Shown one piece after another: positions 44,925 to 53,678 of a stretch of 64,000 bases of DNA; within the stretch, counting starts at the first letter, position 1; each line of letters opens with the position of its first letter. The notes below the pieces were generated by a model. It saw only the letters and a list, made by a program, of their open reading frames with translations, was not told the origin of the DNA and made no database searches. The stretch is from the IMG/VR virus record IMGVR_UViG_3300031415_000001; one strand, given 5' to 3'. The DNA is from a virus. Position numbers and translations under genes: made by a program.

Positions 44925-45000
44925 TGGCGACTCAGACAGGACTTGAACCTGTGACATATGGATTAACAGTCCACCGTTCTACCAACTGAACTACAGAGTC
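44925..45000 (-). tRNA. tRNA-Asn (GTT)
   Basis: Acceptor GACTCTG/CTGAGTC (one T:T mismatch), anticodon arm GTGGA-CTGTTAA-TCCAT, T arm ACAGG-TTCAAGT-CCTGT, CCA encoded. Confidence 0.85.
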
Positions 45001-45013
45001 ATTGTGGGAATTG

Positions 45014-45043
45014 ATACTACCTACAAGATACACTGAGTGTCAA
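45014..45043 (-). promoter_or_regulatory. sigma70-like promoter candidate for the tRNA unit
   Basis: On the minus strand, TTGACA (45043-45038) then N18 then TAGTAT (45019-45014), ~12 nt upstream of tRNA-Asn. It directly follows the TAG stop of the upstream gene. Confidence 0.35.
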
Positions 45044-45433
45044 CTACGTTTCGTCAGTCTTCACATTCCAAAGCATCTCCCAGCGACGTTTGCCTCTGGT
45101 GATCTTCTCTTTGAGTTCAGCTATCTCATCTTCAAGTTCTGACAGTTCCTCTTCCCACTCATTCAGTCCACTGGTTTCATCGCACTCATAGTTACCTGAG
45201 TCAATAAACCCAGATCCTATATCATCCTTGTAACCACAACGATGACAGGTGTGATGACAAACAAGCTGAGGGCCAATGAAAGGACTGTGCGTGTACTGAT
45301 AGAAGAATGGTGCAGAGCAAAAATGATTGTTACTGGTAATCCCACAATGAGGACACATCAGACGCTCATTTGAATCAAACAGCATGATAGAAGACTGAAC
45401 AATTTCGTCTTCTTCTTCTGGTTCAATAAACAT
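45044..45433 (-). CDS. hypothetical Zn-ribbon protein with an acidic coiled-coil C-terminus
   Basis: CPHCG...CHRCG Cys pairs. 129 aa. Confidence 0.65.
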   Translation of the reverse strand: MFIEPEEEDEIVQSSIMLFDSNERLMCPHCGITSNNHFCSAPFFYQYTHSPFIGPQLVCHHTCHRCGYKDDIGSGFIDSGNYECDETSGLNEWEEELSELEDEIAELKEKITRGKRRWEMLWNVKTDET

Positions 45434-45510
45434 TTGCTTGGGCCTCTCGCCTTTTAAAATCCGGGAAGATTGATGAAAGTGTGTTGAAGAAGCCCAAGAA
45501 AATGCCCCCG

Positions 45511-45660
45511 TTACTCTGGGGGCTTTTCCTTACTGGTTCTGTCGAAGTACCAGCCCACCACTGCTATCACAATGATGATTGCCAGATACGGAGCAATCGC
45601 CACAATAGCTGCGGTTATTGCGAGTACCACAGCTATTATGAGGATGAATTTTATCATCAT
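45511..45660 (-). CDS. possible 49-aa single/double-TM membrane micro-protein
   Basis: MMIKFILIIAVVLAITAAIVAIAPYLAIIIVIAVVGWYFDRTSKEKPPE (an alternative in-frame ATG is at 45666). The stop lies inside a GCCCCC...GGGGGC hairpin. The 90-aa + strand track ORF here is its mirror. Confidence 0.45.
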   Translation of the reverse strand: MMIKFILIIAVVLAITAAIVAIAPYLAIIIVIAVVGWYFDRTSKEKPPE

Positions 45661-45674
45661 CCCCATAGCCGGGA

Positions 45675-46196
45675 TTACTCGTTAACAGGCTTGGTCAGAC
45701 CACCGAACAGTGACTTGCGAGGCTGTGCAGCCTGCTCGCCTTCGCCGGACTGAGCTTCAGTCGCAGCAGCTTCAGTCTGAGCTACGTCAGCAGTAGCATC
45801 GGCAGTTGCAGTCTGAGCAGTTTCAGTTGCGGTTTCTTCACCAGCAACAGTCGCAGATCCAGTTGCAGCACCAGTCTGAGTCTGTGCTTCTGGCTTTGAC
45901 TCGGCAGATGCCTGAGTCTGGGCAGCTTTAGTGTCAGCAGCTTTAGAAGCCTGCTTTTCTTCTGCTGGTTCAGACTTAGCTTTCTCTTTGTCAGCCGGTT
46001 TGGTCTGAGGCTGTTGAGGAGCGACAGATGCACCAGCAGTTGCCAGTACCAGATCAATAGTCGCTTTAAAACCGTCAGCACCACGACCAGCAGACAGATC
46101 AATATTGATCTGAGTGCCTTCTTTGATGTTGATCAAGTCAGCAACATAACGACGCAGTGCCTGTTCGATTTCATTCTGGACGAGTTGAATTTGCAT
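45675..46196 (-). CDS. hypothetical protein: ~50-aa folded N-domain, long A/T/Q/E/K low-complexity linker, SSB-like C-terminal tail
   Basis: 173 aa. Ends ...AAQPRKSLFGGLTKPVNE. TAATG overlap with the RuvC-like gene. Confidence 0.7.
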   Translation of the reverse strand: MQIQLVQNEIEQALRRYVADLINIKEGTQINIDLSAGRGADGFKATIDLVLATAGASVAPQQPQTKPADKEKAKSEPAEEKQASKAADTKAAQTQASAESKPEAQTQTGAATGSATVAGEETATETAQTATADATADVAQTEAAATEAQSGEGEQAAQPRKSLFGGLTKPVNE

Positions 46197-46753
46197 TACT
46201 TAACCTCAGCGAATAATCGCATTAAATTTTTGAATACTGGGGTCTGTACCCCAGCATGAATAGCAGCAATGGCGTCTGCCACATGTTCTGCTTTCTTTGC
46301 CACCTCATCCCGATACATTGGGAAATTGGCATGGGGGTACAACCTGACTGCCATTGCAATCATCTGATCCTTACTGGCATTTTTATTGCCGGTAAAAATC
46401 TTCTTTGACTCCAGAGCAGTCACTTCGATCACTGGGATGCCTAATGCACGAATCGCACCGAGAATACCGACGACGATACCGTAGGCTTTCATGCCATTGG
46501 CAGACTGGGAACCAACAGGACACTCGATGAAGACAACCTTGCAGCGACGGGCAACTTCAATTGCTTTGACAGCTAAATCTTCTGCCCGTTGCAGGTCAAC
46601 ACTATTCTGTCGAACCTGCTTGCCCTGTTTCTTTTCTGGCTCAATTGTTTCGAGTACCAGACCATCGAGATACCCTGTCGATAGATCCAACATGCCTTCG
46701 GCAATTCCCCAGCTATTTAAGCTGGGGTCAAATCCGACGACAGGGATCTGCAT
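46196..46753 (-). CDS. RuvC-like Holliday junction resolvase
   Basis: VVGFDPSLNSWG (Asp 1), VFIECPV (Glu), HVADAIAAIHAG (C-terminal acidic motif). 185 aa. Confidence 0.78.
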   Translation of the reverse strand: MQIPVVGFDPSLNSWGIAEGMLDLSTGYLDGLVLETIEPEKKQGKQVRQNSVDLQRAEDLAVKAIEVARRCKVVFIECPVGSQSANGMKAYGIVVGILGAIRALGIPVIEVTALESKKIFTGNKNASKDQMIAMAVRLYPHANFPMYRDEVAKKAEHVADAIAAIHAGVQTPVFKNLMRLFAEVK

Positions 46754-47499
46754 TAGCCTTTGTTACCGAACAGAGACTTACGTGGCTGACCATCAGCCGC
46801 ACCCGGAGCTTTACCACCTACAGGTGGCTTACCGACTGCACCAGCAGCACCATCTTTGATGGTACGCTTGTCATACGTCTGGCCTTTGTTCTTCTCCAGC
46901 CATGCATCCCAATACACTGCTTCTTCTTTGCCTTCACGGGCTTCAGCCACGGTCAGCTTAGACGCAGTATGCAGAGCTTTGACGATGCTTGCAGACTCAC
47001 GAGTTTCAGCAGTAGCGACATACTCGTTACCCTGCTTCTCGGATTTGTTTTCCAGCACTTTCTGGATCGCAAAAGAGATCTCTTTGTCCAGCAGACCGGT
47101 GAGCATCTGAACTGCGGTTGGCAGTTCTTTCTTCTCATCGCTGTTCCAGACATTGATGATCTTCTCTTCTGTTTCCTGCTCAGACAGCGGAGCGTCAGTC
47201 AGCAGCAGACAGATGTCATCAATGATGGTAAAGCCCGGCATCGGATACTTCTTGCCTTCTTTGACATAGAAGTTCTCACCAGTTTTCTTGGTGATATAGA
47301 CCGTTTCACGGTGTTCTGCTTTACCTTCTGGAACGAAGATCAGAGACACGCCTTGAGCACCACCAGCCGACTTAATGGCATATGCTGCTTTCAGCTTGCC
47401 GGTATAAATGTCGCTGTCCAGTACAGAAAAACCACCACCAACACGGTCTTCAGATTTTTCCAGACCTTGAGTGCTTAAATTACCAAATGGATTACCCAT
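46753..47499 (-). CDS. ssb: single-stranded DNA-binding protein (N4 gp45-like)
   Basis: 248 aa. Position between the AAA ATPase and RuvC genes, as in the N4 replication module. Gly/Pro-rich flexible C-terminus ending QPRKSLFGNKG. Confidence 0.7.
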   Translation of the reverse strand: MGNPFGNLSTQGLEKSEDRVGGGFSVLDSDIYTGKLKAAYAIKSAGGAQGVSLIFVPEGKAEHRETVYITKKTGENFYVKEGKKYPMPGFTIIDDICLLLTDAPLSEQETEEKIINVWNSDEKKELPTAVQMLTGLLDKEISFAIQKVLENKSEKQGNEYVATAETRESASIVKALHTASKLTVAEAREGKEEAVYWDAWLEKNKGQTYDKRTIKDGAAGAVGKPPVGGKAPGAADGQPRKSLFGNKG

Positions 47500-47563
47500 T
47501 ATTTACTCTCTCTTACTTTGTAAAGTGATACCCGGACTAATCCGGGTGTGAACCAAAACGAGA

Positions 47564-48292
47564 CTACTTGCCGTAGAACTCGTTCAAACGCTTGAACACC
47601 TGAGCTACATCGTTGTCGATGTACAGCTCATTGCGTTTCCACAAGCCCATTGCAGAACGCATCTTCGCACCGGCAGTCTCTTTGGTAACGCGAGTCTGGA
47701 AGACGTATTTAACGCCATCCTCACGTTCCTCATCGGTGATGTGAAGCAGATCATTCTCATGACCTTCCAGCTTTTTAACTGGCACCTGCATGGTACGAAG
47801 AATTGTGGTGAAGTCGGCTTCAACGCCAACCTTACCCACGGCACCTTTGATCGGAACCCGGCTTTCGTACATCATGGATTGCTCATTCAGACTTTCATCT
47901 TCATGAGCCATGATGACGTAGCTCTTAGAGCCGGACTTAATGGCATGGATGAAGTTACGATAGAAGTTACCGTAATCACCCCATGCACTCTGCCCTGTCT
48001 TGGTTCCTGCAAAGGGGGCCACATACTGACGCTCAAACATCTGCATCAGGAATGTGACGGTATCGAGTACAGCCCCTGAGACTTCTCCTGTGGCTTCGAT
48101 CTCTTCGATGAAGCCAAGAATGTCAGCAGCGTCTGCTACCTCAACGTTTTGTAGAAAGCGGTCACGAAACGGAACATCTTTCAGATCCGTATTCAGATAG
48201 ACCATGCTTTCCTGTTCCATGTTACGGAGCGAACTGGTTTTACCAGTATTCGGCTTACCCATAATCATCAGGATGTTTTTATTCTGAGCCAT
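47564..48292 (-). CDS. AAA_24 / Sak4-like ATPase
   Basis: Walker A ILMIMGKPNTGKTSS and Walker B-like YVIMAHED. 242 aa. Confidence 0.78.
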   Translation of the reverse strand: MAQNKNILMIMGKPNTGKTSSLRNMEQESMVYLNTDLKDVPFRDRFLQNVEVADAADILGFIEEIEATGEVSGAVLDTVTFLMQMFERQYVAPFAGTKTGQSAWGDYGNFYRNFIHAIKSGSKSYVIMAHEDESLNEQSMMYESRVPIKGAVGKVGVEADFTTILRTMQVPVKKLEGHENDLLHITDEEREDGVKYVFQTRVTKETAGAKMRSAMGLWKRNELYIDNDVAQVFKRLNEFYGK

Positions 48293-48342
48293 TGATTTCT
48301 CCTGACAGGAAGCCCCAACCCAAGGAAAGGGCTAACTGTCAT

Positions 48343-50505
48343 TTACGCAGTGTGATAACGCTTACCAACAGTCACCATGATGGTGTTGTCGATCTCGTCT
48401 TCGCTGAGGCTATTGGACAACTTACCGTTGAATGACATAACGGCTTGCCGTACTGCCATTGCATCCATACCACCGTCAACCAATGCCAGAGCAAACCGCA
48501 ACATGTTCTTGTTACGATTGCCTTCAGCCATACGCTGAGCGAACCAACGTTCGAGGTTGTCCATAGACTCAATCTTGGCAAGCTCTTTCATGTGTTCCTC
48601 GTTCCTGCTGGTTCGAGGTATGAAAGGCAGCACATCGAGTGTCTGGCCCTCAAGGTTATAGTGATACTCGCCTTCGTGGAATGTTTCCCACTTCTTAGCG
48701 ATCTGATTGGCTGCTTCATCAGTAGGTTCACTGAATGGGAGCCAAGCAAAGATGTTGTTCATGAAGTCACGATAATCATCAGCATCCAGATGCAACACAT
48801 AGTTGATCGGAATGACGATACGATAGCGATCACCATACCCTTCGGTTTGATGACGTTTCGTAGTGTACGTCATGAACTTAATGCCAGAGAGCAACTCGTG
48901 TGCCGTAGACAACGGAATACCGGAATCCACATCAATAACGATGCAGTTAAAGCCCGGAATAACGTTCTCAGTTGCACGATGCCCATTACGGAAATGGTGG
49001 TTACACCAGTGCATACCCTCTTCTTGAGTCAGCAGATGCAGTTTATCGAATGGAACAACTTCGCCCTGATAGTCATAAGCCCAGTTGTCACTGTAAGACA
49101 GTCTGATCTCATTAAGGTTTGTCTCTTTCAGAGTCTCACCAGAGAACAGTTCGATACTGCTTTCAAAACGCTTCTTAATGATAATGTGTTTTTTATAGCC
49201 CCATGAGGTAGCCAACATCATCATCTCGTTACGTGCAGCCTGACCAGACTTATAGAACGGTAACGCTTCGTTCAAGTCAGCATGAGTCACTTCGGTATCT
49301 ACCGCAGCGATATACTTAGCCAACTTCATGTAGGCTTTCTCACGGTTCAGGATGGTCTGGAATGCAGCACCAGATTCCTCAACCAGCAAGATAGCACTCA
49401 ACAGATGGCCCATTTCAATCTCATTGGATCCATCAACGAACGCATAAGCACCGGCAAGTTTCAGAGCCTTGAAATAACGGTGAGACAACTCCGCTTTCTT
49501 GATCTCTTCATGGTCAGCCATATCATCAGCGACACGCTCACACGAGTTTTTATACTCAATCAGCTTAATGGCAACTTCGTCTTCCATTGTCATTTTCCAG
49601 CCATACATCGCTGGATCAGCCAGAGCATGAAACGCTGTTGCCCACTTCTGAACGGCCTGAGTATTGGCAGGCTGAGTCAGGTTACGGAAGATTTCTTCTG
49701 GCGTCTGGGAATTGAACGCTTTACGGTCATGTTGACCAAAACCAAACAGACAACGACGGGCATAGCCAGTGTCGAGGAATTTATAAAACTCATCCTCAAC
49801 TGAGCCACCATCGAGCAGACGAGATGGAGTACCGAACAACAGCATATTCGCTGGAGTCTTACCGTCCACCTCTTCACCTCGTTGGCTCTCGGCTGTGTTT
49901 TTCGTCAGCTTCTGCTTAACGATACCCTGATCATAAAGCTCAAGGTACAGCGTCAATACTTCGACGTTGTTGACCAGATTGGAACCAATCTCATCAATTT
50001 GCAGGTTGATAGCACCGACACGAGACAGCAACAGTTTCTGACGAAGCTGTTTAACTGCTGGTGCAGTACCTGAGTCGAAGGTAAAAGGAAATGCACCGGC
50101 ACGACGAAACTCAGATTCGACTTTCTCAAACTCTTCGTTCTGATCAGTACCGTTACGAGCAGCACGCTCGTTTGCAATATCCCATAAACTTTGTTCCGCA
50201 ATCACCGGTAAGGTGTCTTCCATGAAACGCTTTTTAAAGCCCTTCATGAACTCATTTTCGACGATATTGACCGAATGGCCTTTACCAAAACCTGATGTAG
50301 CCAGAGCCAAAGCATAGATATTGACCGGGATTTCTCCACGATCTTTGGTAACGATAGTGGCACGCATATTGCTTGCCATTTTCCCAAGGAAATACGCTAC
50401 CTCAGTACGGAAAAATCCACGGTCAGTGTTCTGCGTTTTATTGCAGAGCACACCCACAATGTCTTCCAATGCGGGATGGTGCGTAACACCTGACAAGTCG
50501 ATCAT
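48343..50505 (-). CDS. putative DNA primase (primase-polymerase-like C-terminal domain; N4 gp42/43-like)
   Basis: Start trimmed to MIDLSGV (ATGA overlap with the upstream stop). C-terminal NCIVIDVDSG...YRIVIPI resembles AEP-type DxD and beta-strand motifs. Confidence 0.65.
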   Translation of the reverse strand: MIDLSGVTHHPALEDIVGVLCNKTQNTDRGFFRTEVAYFLGKMASNMRATIVTKDRGEIPVNIYALALATSGFGKGHSVNIVENEFMKGFKKRFMEDTLPVIAEQSLWDIANERAARNGTDQNEEFEKVESEFRRAGAFPFTFDSGTAPAVKQLRQKLLLSRVGAINLQIDEIGSNLVNNVEVLTLYLELYDQGIVKQKLTKNTAESQRGEEVDGKTPANMLLFGTPSRLLDGGSVEDEFYKFLDTGYARRCLFGFGQHDRKAFNSQTPEEIFRNLTQPANTQAVQKWATAFHALADPAMYGWKMTMEDEVAIKLIEYKNSCERVADDMADHEEIKKAELSHRYFKALKLAGAYAFVDGSNEIEMGHLLSAILLVEESGAAFQTILNREKAYMKLAKYIAAVDTEVTHADLNEALPFYKSGQAARNEMMMLATSWGYKKHIIIKKRFESSIELFSGETLKETNLNEIRLSYSDNWAYDYQGEVVPFDKLHLLTQEEGMHWCNHHFRNGHRATENVIPGFNCIVIDVDSGIPLSTAHELLSGIKFMTYTTKRHQTEGYGDRYRIVIPINYVLHLDADDYRDFMNNIFAWLPFSEPTDEAANQIAKKWETFHEGEYHYNLEGQTLDVLPFIPRTSRNEEHMKELAKIESMDNLERWFAQRMAEGNRNKNMLRFALALVDGGMDAMAVRQAVMSFNGKLSNSLSEDEIDNTIMVTVGKRYHTA

Positions 50506-51488
50506 AAATATCTCAACCGTTGTTTGCATACCGGTGCAGCATGACAATACGCACAGCGTTTTGCCTCACCCGGTACAGTTTTGATTACGCCTTTCCCCTT
50601 GGATGCTTTGAATGCATTGGCCTCAGCCAAGCTGTCAAAGTTCTTCGTGGAACGCCCCTCTGTTTTTGCTGGATCGGAATAGTATTTATACTGGGGAGCA
50701 CTCATCCAGAGTTCTTCTGGTGTGCAATCCGGTATGTTCTCTTCTGGCTCCTGATAATATTTCACCAGCAGTTCAATCTTATTCCTAACCCACTTCTCGG
50801 TATCATTAACAGCCATCAAAGGGATAGCTTTCTGCTCTAATCGCCTTTGTGGGTAGTTTGGATTGGTCTTCGCCTGCATCTTCTGCCAGTCGGTAAAGAT
50901 GAAGTTAATCCGTCCATAGTCCTCAGTGATAACCGGATGTTCTTGCCCAGCATCGATCCAACGATACAGGCTCATCTGGAGCTTGTAGTCATCGTCCTTG
51001 CTGTCGAACAGCCACGTATAAGCAGTGGTAGACTTGTTATCGTGAGGGATACCCTCAGCAACCATGTCGTACTTACCACCCACAGTGAACGTCACATTAC
51101 GGATTTTGATCTCACGGAAAAGACGCTGTTCCATGTAAACAGGGATAGGATCTTTGACCGACTGCAACTCTTCATGCGTCGGATTAATGAGAACTCTGTC
51201 GATAATGGCTTGGGAATAACCCAGCTTTTTAAGGGAGGACTTGTAGCTCACCTTCCACGCTTTCTCAATGGAGTCGTGTAGAGAGTGACCCAAGGCACGA
51301 GATACGAACTCTTCCAAGTCAGATTCCTGACTTGACTGATCGACCCGTGGGCCGAGTACTAAAGACTTCAACGGCTTCATCATCTTTGTCACCGAGATAT
51401 AATTCGGTGTGTTGATGTAATCGTATTCGTCGTGTAACAGCCAGACACCCAAGGCCAGTGGAATGTTGCTGTTATTGGTGATTTTCAA
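50502..51488 (-). CDS. PD-(D/E)XK (RecB/Cas4-like) exonuclease with a C-terminal Cys cluster
   Basis: Probable TTG start (AGGAGA 7 nt upstream). ...GGKYDMVAEGIPHDNKST... and C-terminal CAYCHAAPVCKQ. Confidence 0.65.
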   Translation of the reverse strand: MKITNNSNIPLALGVWLLHDEYDYINTPNYISVTKMMKPLKSLVLGPRVDQSSQESDLEEFVSRALGHSLHDSIEKAWKVSYKSSLKKLGYSQAIIDRVLINPTHEELQSVKDPIPVYMEQRLFREIKIRNVTFTVGGKYDMVAEGIPHDNKSTTAYTWLFDSKDDDYKLQMSLYRWIDAGQEHPVITEDYGRINFIFTDWQKMQAKTNPNYPQRRLEQKAIPLMAVNDTEKWVRNKIELLVKYYQEPEENIPDCTPEELWMSAPQYKYYSDPAKTEGRSTKNFDSLAEANAFKASKGKGVIKTVPGEAKRCAYCHAAPVCKQRLRYL

Positions 51489-51514
51489 AGGGAGATCTCC
51501 TGAGAAATGACAGT

Positions 51515-51548
51515 AAAGCACTGCCAGAGAAAACACTGACAGTGCTTT
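51515..51548 (-). promoter_or_regulatory. 13-bp RNA hairpin in the intergenic leader of the exonuclease gene
   Basis: AAAGCACTGCCAG/CTGACAGTGCTTT. The single mismatch is C:A on the + strand but becomes a G:U wobble in the minus-strand transcript. There is no T-run. Confidence 0.3.
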
Positions 51549-51552
51549 GGTT

Positions 51553-51831
51553 TTACTTCTCTCGTTCTGCCTTCTTTAAGATTCTCGCTGCGTAATGAGC
51601 GATTTTCTCAGCACTTCTGAGAGGTGTGTTTCCGACTTTACCCAAGCCATGAGTACGTTCATTAGATCGACGCCAGATCTCTTTAAAGATATTGGCCTCA
51701 TCAAACGTCATACCTAATGCGTCGATAATGTCCTCACACTCTGCGTTGTAAGCAGGTTGATCTTCCCGCTGAGGATGCAGGATGGTGACAAGGTAATAAT
51801 TAACCCTGCCCCCGGATGATTCCTTACTCAT
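51553..51831 (-). CDS. DUF3310-like protein
   Basis: ...YNAECEDIIDALGMTFDEANIFKEIWRR...SAEKIAHYAARIL resembles DUF3310 as I recall it. Confidence 0.55.
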   Translation of the reverse strand: MSKESSGGRVNYYLVTILHPQREDQPAYNAECEDIIDALGMTFDEANIFKEIWRRSNERTHGLGKVGNTPLRSAEKIAHYAARILKKAEREK

Positions 51832-52216
51832 CAAAAGTGTTTGGCTTTACAACTTTCAGATCTGGCTTAGCAGCTTTGTCTTCTGGCTCAGCCTGTTCAC
51901 CTTCTGGCAGAACGTTGAACTCGTCCTGAGCCATATAGCCCAGCGGGATCAGGTTCAGAATGACTACATCGTGAACCTGAATGCTTTGGGCAGCTTCGTC
52001 ACCAATGCGTTTCAGGAACTGGATGTGTGCAGCCTGCTGAGCACGGCTGATCATCTTGACCGGAAACTTCTCACTGTCGTTCAGCACCACGGCATTCATT
52101 TCGATGCCCTGTACGCCGGTTACGGCAGCAGTAGTATCGTTTTCATCAACAGCAGGCCCAAAAATAATTTTGGCTGCAACCATGAAGTGATAAAAACTTT
52201 TGGATTCTTCGGACAT
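51824..52216 (-). CDS. hypothetical protein
   Basis: 130-aa ORF with AGGAG upstream. First gene after the 52274-52302 terminator. Confidence 0.65.
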   Translation of the reverse strand: MSEESKSFYHFMVAAKIIFGPAVDENDTTAAVTGVQGIEMNAVVLNDSEKFPVKMISRAQQAAHIQFLKRIGDEAAQSIQVHDVVILNLIPLGYMAQDEFNVLPEGEQAEPEDKAAKPDLKVVKPNTFDE

Positions 52217-52273
52217 GTTGGCTCCTGCGAGGATTACTACAATTTATGTTGGGGTGGTTATGTTAGAACACCC

Positions 52274-52302
52274 AAAGAAAAAAGGCCACTAAGTTAGTGA
52301 CC
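52274..52302 (-). terminator. intrinsic terminator closing the two-gene cassette
   Basis: GGCCACT-AAGTT-AGTGACC. The stem contains a G:U wobble only in the minus-strand RNA. Followed by TTTTTTCTTT. Confidence 0.7.
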
Positions 52303-52327
52303 TTTTAATATTGTCGTTATAAATCAA

Positions 52328-53002
52328 TCAGCTAATGGTACATGCCAACGTTGAACTCAGATTACCAATTGCAGCAGTAAGCGTTGCCGATCCTGCTGTA
52401 GTCTTACAGGTATTCTGAGAGAAACTGTTGACGTTAGACACAGGTGCAACAGTCGCATTTGTCGTTGACCATGTAACTAATGCACGAGCAGTTGATGCAC
52501 CCAGTGGAGTGAATGCACTGTTATCGCTGAAGTTACGATAGAAAGCAGAGAAGTAACGAGTACCCGCAGAAGCAGTATGCGTATACGTGGTGTTACTGGT
52601 TTTCGTGGTTCCAATTGAACTGCCATCTGTGGGGCTGGCGTCATTCTGGATGATCATGTAAACCGATGCTGCTTGTACCGGGATTGAGTAACTCGATCCC
52701 TTATCGTTGGTTGCTTTCAGACGATAGGTAACAGTCCCTCCGGTAACGTTAGTCATGCTGAGATCAGGTGTTGTTTGGCCTGATACATCAGTGAATGTTG
52801 TCCCGTTGGTAGATTTCTGCCATTGATAGCTGGTGGCATTCCTGACCACGATACCCGTGATCTGCAATGCCCCGCCTTCCTGAAACAGAACCTGAGCAAC
52901 AGGCTGAACCACGAACACGGGCAGTACGGCAATACCCCTTCGTGAAAAAGAGTTAGAGCCAGTAAGTGACCGTGAACCCAAAAAGGGAACTCGACGCATC
53001 AT
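52328..53002 (-). CDS. Ig-like domain protein (N-terminal I-set-like domain plus C-terminal Big_2-like domain); candidate capsid decoration protein
   Basis: ...TSYQWQKSTNGTTFTDVSGQT...YRLKATNDKGSS... and ...VTWSTTNATVAPVS...AGSATLTAAIGN.... ATGA overlap with the upstream gene. Confidence 0.65.
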   Translation of the reverse strand: MMRRVPFLGSRSLTGSNSFSRRGIAVLPVFVVQPVAQVLFQEGGALQITGIVVRNATSYQWQKSTNGTTFTDVSGQTTPDLSMTNVTGGTVTYRLKATNDKGSSYSIPVQAASVYMIIQNDASPTDGSSIGTTKTSNTTYTHTASAGTRYFSAFYRNFSDNSAFTPLGASTARALVTWSTTNATVAPVSNVNSFSQNTCKTTAGSATLTAAIGNLSSTLACTIS

Positions 53003-53649
53003 ACGGCAAATGCCTCCGCTTTGATGGTTACGGCTGTAGCAACCTGATCCACACGACGAATGCTGATCTGACTGGCGTTGGTAATGCCCGTCACCATACG
53101 GGAAGTACCCGCAGAAATGGTCATAAATAGCCCAGCACCACCACGTTGATATTCAATATCAACAGTTGAGTTGTTGACAATATCCAGACCTGTACACGCC
53201 TGTGAACCAAATGCAGTAGCCGTGGCACCAGCAGAAGCTGAGGTAACAGCACTCAGAATTGTCACAGCAGAGTAGGTTGGCATTTTTGCAGCAGCCAGTA
53301 AATTCTGAACCACAGTCAGCAAAGTTGCCTGAGCAGAAGCGGTTGCAGCATTTGGTGGCAGTGCTGGAGATACCAGAGTAACTGGCATTGTTGGAGTCCA
53401 CGCTGAACCATCCAGTTTTTCATAGGTCACGATTACAGTACCGTTGTCGTAAATTTCACGACGAATGCCCTGTACACCGGCTGAGTCCTGAATAAGTAAC
53501 AGTTCGAAATCCACTAAAGAAGTGCCGGAACTACCGCCAGAAGAAATCGGTAGTCCGTTAGCTGGATCGATCATAATAGCGGCAACCAGTTTTACCTGCT
53601 CTTGGTTGGCACCATTCACTACATTGACGTTTACAGTTGATTGAGTCAT
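52999..53649 (-). CDS. hypothetical A/T/S/V/G-rich beta-type protein (structural-looking)
   Basis: 216-aa ORF whose SD sequence is buried in an 8-bp hairpin. Confidence 0.65.
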   Translation of the reverse strand: MTQSTVNVNVVNGANQEQVKLVAAIMIDPANGLPISSGGSSGTSLVDFELLLIQDSAGVQGIRREIYDNGTVIVTYEKLDGSAWTPTMPVTLVSPALPPNAATASAQATLLTVVQNLLAAAKMPTYSAVTILSAVTSASAGATATAFGSQACTGLDIVNNSTVDIEYQRGGAGLFMTISAGTSRMVTGITNASQISIRRVDQVATAVTIKAEAFAV

Positions 53650-53654
53650 GGTTA

Positions 53655-53678
53655 TTCCCCAGTGTATGTTCTGGGGAA
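53655..53678 (-). promoter_or_regulatory. RBS-sequestering hairpin between the DNA polymerase stop and the 52999-53649 start
   Basis: mRNA 5'-UUCCCCAG-AACAUACA-CUGGGGAA-UAACC-AUG. The only SD-like element (GGGGAA) forms the 3' arm of the stem. Confidence 0.4.

Noticed and set aside
45481-45753. 90-aa + strand ORF.
   Set aside because: It runs against the local transcription direction. It mirrors a better minus-strand TM micro-ORF and the 3' end of the 45675-46196 gene.
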